A stretch of 64,000 nt of DNA, from the IMG/VR virus record IMGVR_UViG_3300050336_000035, positions 32,001 through 96,000 of that record. One strand, 5' to 3'. The translations under genes were made by a program, and so were the position numbers. The notes beneath the pieces are model-generated. The model saw nothing but the letters and a program-made list of their open reading frames with translations. It was not told the DNA's origin and ran no database searches. Below, piece by piece: positions 11,266-21,100 of the stretch. The stretch comes from a virus (taxonomy: Duplodnaviria > Caudoviricetes). Within the stretch, counting starts at the first letter, position 1, and every line of letters begins with the position of its first letter.

Positions 11266-12084
11266 ATGACAATGAGTAGTAATGTAGTAAAATTTAATGA
11301 AATGAATTTAGGAACAACAGTACAGGTTCAACCGATTTCAACAAAGAATTTAACTTCTGGTGCAAAGTATCAAAGAACAATAGACCATAAAAAGGTTGAG
11401 AAGATAGTGAGTACTTATGACCCTCATAAGGTTGGAGTTATTAAAGTAAGTTATAGAGACGATAATTACTGGGTATATGACGGTCAGCACAGATTAATGG
11501 CACTCAAGACAATAAATCATGGTAAAGATTGTATGGTACTATGTGAAGTACATTATGGGCTTACATATGAGGACGAGGCAAGATTATTTGCTGAACAATA
11601 TGATGGTGCTACAAAAGTAGATATAGTCTATCAAATGGGAGCATTACTAGAAGCAAAAGATGAGGACGTTGTTAAAATAAAAGATATTGTTGAATCTACT
11701 GGATTGCAAATACCGTTTACCAAGTCTAAAGGAAATGACAAAATAGTTGCTGTTAGTAAAATAAGAACTATTTATAAAGATTTACAAGAAGACGGATTAA
11801 GAAGAATATTAACTCTTATTAAACAAACATGGAATGGAACATCTTCATCACTTGATAAGTACGTATTAGGTGGTATGCATCAATTCTTAAAGACTTATAA
11901 GACAGAAATAAGTGACATTACATTTATAAAGAATCTAAGTAAGATTGAACCACTTATGATTAAAAGAGTGGGAGATAGTGATATGAGTGCAAAGGGAGAT
12001 TTAAAATATGCAAAAGTAATTCTTGATTATTATAATAAGGGGTTAACATCAAAAAGTAGACTAGAATATAACTTTAAAGGCTAA
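11266..12084 (+). CDS. ParB/Srx-superfamily (DGQHR, DUF6551-like) protein
   Basis: YQR...VYDGQHRLMA...EDEARLF. Confidence 0.75.
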   Translation: MTMSSNVVKFNEMNLGTTVQVQPISTKNLTSGAKYQRTIDHKKVEKIVSTYDPHKVGVIKVSYRDDNYWVYDGQHRLMALKTINHGKDCMVLCEVHYGLTYEDEARLFAEQYDGATKVDIVYQMGALLEAKDEDVVKIKDIVESTGLQIPFTKSKGNDKIVAVSKIRTIYKDLQEDGLRRILTLIKQTWNGTSSSLDKYVLGGMHQFLKTYKTEISDITFIKNLSKIEPLMIKRVGDSDMSAKGDLKYAKVILDYYNKGLTSKSRLEYNFKG

Positions 12085-12225
12085 TACATATTTTATTTAA
12101 AAGAGAACTTGCATATATCAAGTTCTCTTTTTGTTATAAATATAATTTTTAATGTTGACTTTATACATTTAATTTGTTATACTATATTTAAAGAAATTAA
12201 TATTACATATTGAAAGGGTGATTTT

Positions 12226-12579
12226 ATGACAGGTGGGATTGTAGCAATACGAAATATAGAAAACAACAAAGTACATATTGGTAGAACATGTAGCTTAATA
12301 AATACAAGAAACAATTTTGAAAGACATGTAAGAGGATTAAAATATCCTCCTAATCAAGATATTAGAGAAGATTGGAATAAATATGGTAGTAAGAAATTTA
12401 TACTTGAGATTGTAGAAGTTATAGAAGATTATACTTCTTCAAAAGGTGAAAGCAGAAAGAAATATTGGATAAGTAAGATTAATCCTGATATGCTATATAA
12501 CATTAAAGGTGTAATATATAGTGAATCAGAAGTTAATCTTCCACAATTCAATTTTGATGAAAGCATATATGCTTATTAA
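12226..12579 (+). CDS. GIY-YIG nuclease-like protein
   Basis: GIVAIRNIENNKVHIG...DWNKYG...F.LEIVE...YN (degenerate GIY-YIG). Confidence 0.7.
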   Translation: MTGGIVAIRNIENNKVHIGRTCSLINTRNNFERHVRGLKYPPNQDIREDWNKYGSKKFILEIVEVIEDYTSSKGESRKKYWISKINPDMLYNIKGVIYSESEVNLPQFNFDESIYAY

Positions 12580-12849
12580 TATAATTATATGATAGAACGA
12601 GTATTTTAATTAGTATTTTGTTATTAAAATAATTTATAATAACTATTGCATATTAGATTATTATTTGGTATAATATAGTAAAGAGATGAAAGGTGGTACA
12701 TAAATATGAAACTTTGCAAATTGTGTAGTAAAGATATAAGTGAAAGACATCATTCAGCAAAATATTGTGTAGAATGTGCTATAAAGAAGAATTTAGAAGA
12801 TACATATAATAGAAATTGTAAAGACTGTAAAACCAGATATTGTAAATAG

Positions 12850-12948
12850 AATTATGTTATGAAAGAACAGATTTATTCAAATATTTCTATTTGATTTGTG
12901 GTATCTCTAATTATTTAGGCTTAACCATAAGCATATAAATCAATGCTT
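12850..12948 (-). ncRNA. omegaRNA-like guide RNA L1 (scaffold ~12870-12948, putative guide reading leftward)
   Basis: Inverted homolog of the RNA downstream of tnpB; three stems; own consensus promoter. Confidence 0.75.
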
Positions 12949-12954
12949 AATGCT

Positions 12955-12984
12955 ATTATAAATTCTTAATATAATGATTGTCAA
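12955..12984 (-). promoter_or_regulatory. sigmaA promoter for ncRNA L1
   Basis: Minus strand TTGACA-N18-TATAAT. Confidence 0.8.
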
Positions 12985-13068
12985 CTATTTGCTGAAATTT
13001 TTACCATCTTTAATAAAAGTACATAATACAGTATAATAGAAGCAATTAATTAGAGAGGTGGTAAATTA

Positions 13069-13269
13069 ATGGCAGTTAAAAATAGATTAAAAGAAATTAT
13101 AGATGAGCGAGGTATAAAGCAAGTCTGGCTTGCTGAACAAGTAGGTATATCATATAAAACACTATCTAATATAATAGGTGGAAGATATAACACTAGTTTA
13201 GATGTAGCATTAAAAATAGCAGATGTTTTAAACGTAAAGGTCGATGATATTTTTTATTTAGAAAAATAA
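13069..13269 (+). CDS. XRE/Cro HTH regulator
   Basis: KNRLKEIIDERGIKQVWLAEQVGIS...SLDVALKIADVL. Confidence 0.9.
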   Translation: MAVKNRLKEIIDERGIKQVWLAEQVGISYKTLSNIIGGRYNTSLDVALKIADVLNVKVDDIFYLEK

Positions 13270-13304
13270 TGCTTAAATTTAGATATTATTTTTCATAAAA
13301 ACTC

Positions 13305-13352
13305 TTGACATGCAAGATAATTTCCTTTATACTTAAATTACAGGTTGCAACC
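13305..13352 (+). promoter_or_regulatory. sigmaA promoter followed by GGTTGCAACC palindrome
   Basis: TTGACA-N17-TATACT; palindrome at 13343-13352, conserved in module 2. Confidence 0.75.
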
Positions 13353-13381
13353 AAGTAGTTTAGTGTAAAGGAGAATTACAT

Positions 13382-13789
13382 ATGTATGATGAGTTACTAG
13401 AACAATTGAAAGTATTAGATAAATTTAATAAAGGCAAAGTATCAATCACCTTAAACTTTGGTAATTCCTGTATAACCTACACTTATATGAATTTCAGTTG
13501 GGATGAAGATGCAGGATACTTAGTCATGGGAGATAATGACACAATTCACGAAGATGCTACTAGTATAGATTTTGATGATATTTTAGAAGTTGATGAGATG
13601 AATGATGATTTAGTTGAATTGACACTGGAGAATGGAAAAGTAGTTATTATATTAGATACCGAATATTCACTATGCTTTAAATGCGGAGAAAAAAGACCTG
13701 TGTTCTATATGAGGGCTTATGGTGAAAATTCAGAAGAATATGATATAAGAGTATGTCAGGATTGTTTTAATAAGATGATTGAATGTTAA
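13382..13789 (+). CDS. Acidic beta-rich protein with C-terminal Zn ribbon
   Basis: CFKC...CQDC; positional counterpart of 47981-48448. Confidence 0.75.
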   Translation: MYDELLEQLKVLDKFNKGKVSITLNFGNSCITYTYMNFSWDEDAGYLVMGDNDTIHEDATSIDFDDILEVDEMNDDLVELTLENGKVVIILDTEYSLCFKCGEKRPVFYMRAYGENSEEYDIRVCQDCFNKMIEC

Positions 13790-13814
13790 ATATGAACGGA
13801 AAGGAGGAGTAATT

Positions 13815-15215
13815 ATGACTGTTGAAATGAGAACTATTAAATTTTATTCTAATAATAAGACAACTAAAGAAGATTTTGATAAAGGTATTAAATTTTTAAC
13901 TGAATGCCAGGAAGTTCAAAATAAGTTATTGGAATATTATTGGAACAATTTCAGTTTAGTAATTGATTCTAAAAGTTGGATTGATTTCTATAACACAAGA
14001 GTTATGATTACTGCTCCTTCTATTAAGTTTCAACACTATCAACAAATACTTCATATGGTTTATGGTACACTTAAATCTTTACAGGAGAATATTATTCAGA
14101 AAATTCACTTTAAATTTGAAGATAAATTACAACAACGTATTTATAACTATTGTAGTAAGTTTATTTTTGATTGGAATAGGCTTGAAATATATGTTAATAA
14201 ACAAGTTAAAGAGTATAAAAAGAAAGATAAGAAATACTATGAGTTTTTATTAGAAGTTAAAAACGTAATAGATAATGAACAATCTTTTTTGATGTTACAG
14301 CAGGATATAGAAAATAAGTTTTCGGAAATTAAAAATAAAATAAATTTACCACAAAAGAAAACTAAACAGATAATTGCAACTACTCTTCATACAATAGACA
14401 TTGAAAAATATGATAATTATTGGATATTTATAATTGATACTAATCATTTTATAAGTAAAAAGAAAATGGATAAATTCAAAATAGTAATTGATATATCAGA
14501 TTATCATAGAAATGTACTTGACAAATATTGTTTAAAGAATACTTTTACTATAAAACTAAATAATTATGGCAGGATTGAAATTACAGGAGCGTACGAAAAA
14601 GAAATAGATTATCCAGAATCTAACCCTAAATATATTATTGGAATTGATATAGGCTTAAAGAATTTAATTGTATCGTCTGATGGTGAATTTATTGAACAAA
14701 ATAAAACTATTGTAGAGAAAACTCAAAAGCTAATTAAAAATCAAGCTAATAGACAAAGCTTAGAAGCTCATATGAAAAAGAAACTTGATGATGAAAATTT
14801 TACTTTACCTGATAAAAACTATATGAAGAAACAAAATAAGCTTAGTAGATTCGTACAATGTGATAATCGTTACAAGGTTAAACAATTTCTAAAAGGTAGG
14901 GAAGACACTCATATCATTATGGAAGATTTACATTTAAATGATGCTAAGACATATAGCAAAGAAGTAAATTATATGCTGAGAAGAATGAGGATACAAGGCA
15001 TTAAGAATGATTTATTGAAGTACACAAAAGAGATGGGGATTAAAACAACACAAATAAATCCTAGATATACAAGTATTGATTGTCCAATTTGCGGAAATAG
15101 GGATAAATTAAATAGGCAGACACAGGAAACATTCAAATGCACTAAATGTGGTCATACAGATAATGCAGACCATAATGCTAGTGTGAATATTGAAAATAGG
15201 TATTTAAAGGTATAA
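13815..15215 (+). CDS. tnpB: TnpB/Cas12f-like RNA-guided nuclease, RuvC triad intact
   Basis: IGIDIG, IIMEDL, CPIC...CTKC, NADHNASVNI; start at 13815 chosen from the SD and the paralog. Confidence 0.9.
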   Translation: MTVEMRTIKFYSNNKTTKEDFDKGIKFLTECQEVQNKLLEYYWNNFSLVIDSKSWIDFYNTRVMITAPSIKFQHYQQILHMVYGTLKSLQENIIQKIHFKFEDKLQQRIYNYCSKFIFDWNRLEIYVNKQVKEYKKKDKKYYEFLLEVKNVIDNEQSFLMLQQDIENKFSEIKNKINLPQKKTKQIIATTLHTIDIEKYDNYWIFIIDTNHFISKKKMDKFKIVIDISDYHRNVLDKYCLKNTFTIKLNNYGRIEITGAYEKEIDYPESNPKYIIGIDIGLKNLIVSSDGEFIEQNKTIVEKTQKLIKNQANRQSLEAHMKKKLDDENFTLPDKNYMKKQNKLSRFVQCDNRYKVKQFLKGREDTHIIMEDLHLNDAKTYSKEVNYMLRRMRIQGIKNDLLKYTKEMGIKTTQINPRYTSIDCPICGNRDKLNRQTQETFKCTKCGHTDNADHNASVNIENRYLKV

Positions 15216-15226
15216 AATATATAAAA

Positions 15227-15322
15227 AGGCTTTGATTTAATGCCTGTGGTTAAGCGTACTTTAGTACAGATACCATTAATTGCTTTAAAAAGTGAATGAA
15301 TCAGTAGTTTTATTTCGTTAAA
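15227..15322 (+). ncRNA. omegaRNA-like guide RNA R1 (scaffold ~15227-15302)
   Basis: AGGC..GCCT, GGTTAAGCGTACTTTAGTACAGATACC and terminal hairpin, conserved with 50105-50184. Confidence 0.75.
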
Positions 15323-15856
15323 ATAGTTAAAAGCAACCCATTGTGGTTGCAAAACACAATAGCAACCAAATATTATTGCGGAGGTGAATAATAATGAATA
15401 TCAATGAAAATAACTTGAAAAACTATGTTGGATTTTCTGATGAGCAATGGAAAGAAGCGAGACCTTTAATAATAGGTATAGCTAACAAATCAAATAAAAA
15501 TTATAGTGAAATATTAAAGATATTATTAGAAATTGCAAAAGCAATTAAAGGCGAAGAGATGTAAAAAGTTATTGATATTAATATAATAGTATGTTATAAT
15601 TGTATTATAAAATAAATTGAAAGAAGGTATTACATATGAAGGACGTTAAAAGTAGTTCATTAAAACCATTAGAAATTTGCGAATATGCTAGTACTTGTGA
15701 ACATACATGTAATGGTAAGAATGAACAGAGGGATTGTACCTTTAGTTGTGGATTAAGACGAGGTTTATTAATGTGTGACGGTTATGATATTAAATTTGGA
15801 TTACAATAGAAGAAAGGATTTATTCACTAATAAAATAAATTGGGAGGTACATAATA

Positions 15857-16420
15857 ATGTGTAAATTTAATAAGGCTTGGATAGGAATTTGTAATAAAGA
15901 AAATATAATTGGTGAAGAATATTGTGAAGAACATTTACAAATCAAATGTTCGGTTTGCGGAGAACAAGCTACACATGATTGCCATGAAACTAATCAGTTT
16001 GTATGTGGAACTCCTTTATGTGATAAACTTGATTGTAAGCTTATTCATTTTTATCAAAGTCATGGTTATGCTTTTGGAGAACTTGTTGAGTTAGAAAAAG
16101 AATTAAATATAACTCCATTTAAAATAATAGTTTCAAAAATTAATTATGGTATCGGAAAATTTGCAGAATGGTGCAATGAAAATTATAGAGACAGGTTAGA
16201 AGTTTTACTAATGACATATGATAAAAACAATAATGTAAAATTTTATAATGCTCAACATAGATATTATATTAAATTCAAAGAAGAAATTATCAAACTTTTT
16301 GAATATTCTTGGTATGAAGAAATAATAAAAGAAAAAGGTATTTATTATTCTGAAAACCCAATTTATATTCAGAATAAATATTTAACAGATATTATTGATA
16401 CTTTTGAAAAAGTATTATAA
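15857..16420 (+). CDS. Cys-rich hypothetical protein
   Basis: 187 aa with N-terminal Cys clusters. Confidence 0.75.
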   Translation: MCKFNKAWIGICNKENIIGEEYCEEHLQIKCSVCGEQATHDCHETNQFVCGTPLCDKLDCKLIHFYQSHGYAFGELVELEKELNITPFKIIVSKINYGIGKFAEWCNENYRDRLEVLLMTYDKNNNVKFYNAQHRYYIKFKEEIIKLFEYSWYEEIIKEKGIYYSENPIYIQNKYLTDIIDTFEKVL

Positions 16421-16465
16421 TACACAATGAAAGATAGATTTGGTAACGAAAGGAGAATAAAATAA

Positions 16466-16903
16466 ATGTATACAGGATTTGAGCAGGATTTAATTCTTGC
16501 CTGTAAATGTCATTATGGTTCAAAAGGAATAGAAAAGGTTATTAGAGATTATATAGGATATGGTGAAAATCAAGAAATAAAACTAGATTCTAAATATCAT
16601 TTTATATCCGAGTTATTTTTGAAATTGTGTAATAATGGTCATCTAAAGTATATATATTTATTAGATAGATTATCACCTAGAAATATATATGACCAAAAAC
16701 ATATGGAATTCCCTTTAAGTAAAGTCAATTATAATTTATATGATTTACCTAGAATAGTATGTGACCATATGATTGGAGAAATTCAAGGAGTAAGAGTTAA
16801 GGATGGCAATAAAGTATTAATAGAATTGCATGAAAATAATAAAAAATACATTGAGGAAGAAAAGGATGAGAAAAATGAAATTTCTAAAGAAGTTATTTTG
16901 TAA
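16466..16903 (+). CDS. Hypothetical protein
   Basis: 145-aa ORF with SD. Confidence 0.75.
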   Translation: MYTGFEQDLILACKCHYGSKGIEKVIRDYIGYGENQEIKLDSKYHFISELFLKLCNNGHLKYIYLLDRLSPRNIYDQKHMEFPLSKVNYNLYDLPRIVCDHMIGEIQGVRVKDGNKVLIELHENNKKYIEEEKDEKNEISKEVIL

Positions 16904-17439
16904 ACATCAATATAAATACATGGGATTTTTAAATTATGAGGAAGGTACATTTCATACATTTTATTGTAAGAATTGTAACTATTTAAAATTAAGGAAAACA
17001 TTATAGAAACGATATTTTATCATGTTTGGAGGATAAGGAATGTTAGCTACTGAAGGAATTAAAATTGAAGGAAATAAAGTTATTATTAAGGACGAATTAA
17101 CTAAAACAGCTTATAGAGTTGATTTTGATTACTTGGTGGATATTATTCGTACTAAGGTTGCTAAAAATAAATTAGAGCCAACTATAGAAAAACAGAAAGG
17201 AATTCAATGGTATGATTAATATGGATTTCGTAAAAAATGCAAATAAAGCAATTTGCATTGATAATACTGATACTCAATATTTAACATTAAATAAAAAGTA
17301 TTATGTACAAGAAACTTGTAATGGTAATTGCTTAACATATAATGATGAAGGAGTATTACATAATTATTGCATTGATAGATTTAAATTATTAGCTTAAAAT
17401 GGTTATTTGGTATTAATATAATTATAGGAGGAAAATAAC

Positions 17440-18123
17440 ATGTTACATGAAATTTATAATTCTGAAGAGGCTATCAAAAACTACATAAAAGATTTAACAA
17501 CATTACATGAAGTTTGCGACTTCAGACATGATAGAGGTTATCATAAAAATGAAAGAATGAAGGATGTGAAAGTTCTTGATGGTTTTATTTGGCTTGATAC
17601 ATGTGGGAATGCAATGGTGAAAATTAGTAAAGATGCTTATTCTCCAATTTGTTTGCCAAATAAGGATGATATTTGTCCTGTATGCGGAAAAGGATGGAGC
17701 ATATATACCATAGAAGATTATATAACAACATATGACTATAGTAATGAAAAAAGACAGTTTTATCATAAACAATGTAACTTCATAAATAATCTCAATATAG
17801 AGCAAAAACAATTTACAGAAATATTTGATATGGTATATCCAAAGGATTATTATTTAAAAATCACACCAAATGAATATTGTCAATGCAGTAAGTGTGCTCC
17901 ATGGTTTATTTTTACTGTACCTCATGGAGATATAAAAATAGGATGGAGAAAAAGAGTTATAAATATTGAATGGTTAAACAATTATAAACAGTTCTCAGAA
18001 AATTTTGAATCTGAAGATGTTACAAGGGGTTTTGGGAAATGGGGAGATGATAGATATATTCATGCTTGGGGAATAGAAAAGGCTATTGAATATATTAGTA
18101 AAGCAAAGGAATCTATTATATAA
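17440..18123 (+). CDS. Hypothetical phage protein
   Basis: 227 aa; PNEYC...PWF...GDIKIGWRKRVINIEW. Confidence 0.8.
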   Translation: MLHEIYNSEEAIKNYIKDLTTLHEVCDFRHDRGYHKNERMKDVKVLDGFIWLDTCGNAMVKISKDAYSPICLPNKDDICPVCGKGWSIYTIEDYITTYDYSNEKRQFYHKQCNFINNLNIEQKQFTEIFDMVYPKDYYLKITPNEYCQCSKCAPWFIFTVPHGDIKIGWRKRVINIEWLNNYKQFSENFESEDVTRGFGKWGDDRYIHAWGIEKAIEYISKAKESII

Positions 18124-18171
18124 TAGTGTTATGAAATGTGAAATTTATGAACAATTGGGAGGTATAGAATT

Positions 18172-21100
18172 ATGTTAGTTACTAATAATATAAAAGTTGG
18201 AGACAAAATGTATTTTAAAACAAGTAGAAATATAGGAACAATAAAAAATATTGAAATAGGAGAATGGGAGTCTCCTCATGGTTCATGTAGCATAATAGAA
18301 TATATTAAAAATTTTGAAGTAGATATAGATGGCAAAATCTTTAATATTAATCCAGATGATAGAGATATAATGTTTAAAAAAGATTTGGAATATGAAATAT
18401 CTAAACTTGAAAAATATAAAAAGATACTTGAAAAAATGTGACAAAAGACGGAATTTATCATGAAATTTACAAAGGTTTATGATATACTATTTCTATCTCA
18501 ATTATCAAGGAGTTAGTCCTATGCCAAAATGTCAATTTTGCGGTAAGCAAATTAATTGGATAAAAACTAATACAGGTAAGTCAACTCCTGTGGAATTAGA
18601 GCCTATTAATGTTGTTGAAAATAAAAATGGTGATACTGTTATAGTTACTGATAAAGGACAAGTCATTAGAGGTAATATTGTTGGTGACGCTAATGAAGAA
18701 GGATATTATATAGGCTATGAAAGTCATATAGTTAAATCACCTTATTGTAAGAAACCTGATTAATGATTTTTAATTAAATAATTAAATACAAAAATAATTT
18801 ATTTTATATATTGACATACTTATTATAAGGTGCTATACTATAGATGTGGTAAGAAATTACAGATTGGAGTGTTAAATATGACTTATGATGAAGTTGAAAA
18901 GACAATTAATATCCTTAGAAATAAAGGAATGTTAATAGATATTAATCTTCCAATTAAAACATTAAAGTTGATAGCAGAAGCATATGATATTGGGATTGAA
19001 AGTATTAAAAAAGGAAATGATGGATATATTGATTTCGGTGGCGTAATTGGTATCAAACCAATTAAAATAGTTAATAAAAATGATAAATTTGGATATGTTG
19101 AAGTTAAAATAGAAGAGTGAATTTATTAACAAAATATGTGAGGTTTATTATGGATAATGAAATTAATATATATGATATAAAAGATTCTGCTGTATTTAAA
19201 TATAGACAACATGCAATCAAAAATGCAAATATTGATATTGACACTTTACAACGAAAATTAACAGCATTGATATTAAACGCCCAATTTAAAAAACAACTTA
19301 CAACTACTAGATGGTTATATAGATTTGGAGCATTCCAAATGTATACCAATGAAGATATTTTTGAAATAGAAGACATAAGTTGGATTGATGATACTCATGA
19401 AGGTTATCGTATAACAAATGAAATGCAAGCTAATTTACGGAATACATATATTCAATTAGGATTAAATAGTAAAGGAACAAGTATGTACGAAAATGTTATA
19501 AATAAGTAAATCTATCACAAGTTCGAGGTGATTAAGTATGAAAAAATACAAAACTATTACAATAGAAAAATATAATTGGTCTGGTTCTGAAATTCTCATA
19601 GTAGATTTTCAAACTAAAGAAGAAAAGGTATTAAAGGATACAGATTTAAAATCAGTTATAAATGATTTAAATCAAGATGGTTACGTTTTATGTGGTATTA
19701 ATGGTAGAGAATATTATATGACTAAAGAAATTAGCGGATAGAAGTGCAGTTTGGTCACAAAGTATAATTATTTGGAGGATAATATTATGAAGTATAAAAT
19801 TTGGGATAAAGTTAATAAAGAATATCTTGATTTAACTAAATATTGCGTCAATGGTTTTGGAAATGTAATAACTACAAATGGACTAGTAATGATTAATCAG
19901 AACGATTTTGAAATTCAAGTTGATTTAAGAAGTTGATACCAATCGAAGATTTTGTCATGAGATAGGAGTTATATATGGATAATAATTTTATGAACCAATA
20001 TTCAATATATCGTCCAGATTATAAACCTTGGAGTTTAGTTTATATCTATAATGATGGAAGAAAAGTTGCTCAATATAGGGCAAGTTTAGAAGATATTGAA
20101 GAAGGTAAAAAGGCAAGACCATATGGAATACAGAAAATTAAAGTAAGAAAACCATGGGAATGTGAGGTTTGTGAAAAGCAAATTCAAAAAGGTGAAGAAG
20201 CAATTGTATTTACAGGTAGATATGAGTATAAAACTTATGCTCATGTAAATTGCATTAATTTTTATTAAGATAAAACTTTGATTTTATTTAACTATAGAGG
20301 AAAAATATGAAACCTGAAAAATGTTTAGAAGATGGTTGTAATAGTAAATCAGGTATGAAAGGTTATTGTGACAAACATTACATTAGACTTACAACTATAA
20401 TTAATAATCTTACTGATAGTGAAGTGGAATTAAAAAACAAATTAATTCATAAGCTTAATATACTTGATGAAATGTATCCTAAAAAAGAAAAGAAACCAAT
20501 ACTACATAATATAAGAGAAAAATATTCTGCATTTTGTTGTGTAGATGGATGTAATAGACCCCATCATTCAAAAGGATATTGCGAAAGACATTCAAGGCAA
20601 ATTGAAAAATATGGGAGATTAACTCCTGAACTTGAAAGTAAAACATTAAGACCATTGAAATTATGCAGTGTAGAAGGTTGTAATAATATACATTTAGCAA
20701 AAGGTTATTGCAATAAGCACTATATAGAATTTAGGAGATATGGGAAAATATTATAAATTACTCATTTTATAGGGTATAATCAGTCTAATGTGTACCAAAT
20801 GAAAGGAAATGATATTGTGAGTACTGTTATAGAATGGAAAAGAATTGAAGCAGGAGAATATTGGTCAAAGGATGATAGATTTCATATCTTAAAGACTTGG
20901 GATAGAATATATAATTCACATTGGGAATTATATGACAGTATAAGTAAACAAGATTATCCTTGTAATAGCTTAAAAGAATGTAAACGGCGAGCAGAATTAA
21001 TAGTAGAACAAGCATGATTCATAGATGTAGTTATTTCGCCATTTGAATATACTGTGAATATTATAATTATTAATATAATAGGAGTGTGATATTATAATGA

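Larger units (their letters stand above)
12859..15313 (+). mobile_element. TnpB module 1: dyad-ncRNA(-)-HTH-Zn protein-TnpB-ncRNA(+)-dyad
   Basis: Same architecture as 47397-50195; similarity between the copies stops at the dyads. Confidence 0.75.

Noticed and set aside
12859-15313. Ordinary IS200/IS605/IS607 element, or an IS with simple terminal inverted repeats
   Set aside because: No transposase; the inverted ends show compensatory pairing and dedicated promoters, which fits RNA genes better
13815-15322. Type V-F CRISPR-Cas locus
   Set aside because: No repeat-spacer array or cas1/cas2 beside either nuclease; single scaffold RNAs instead
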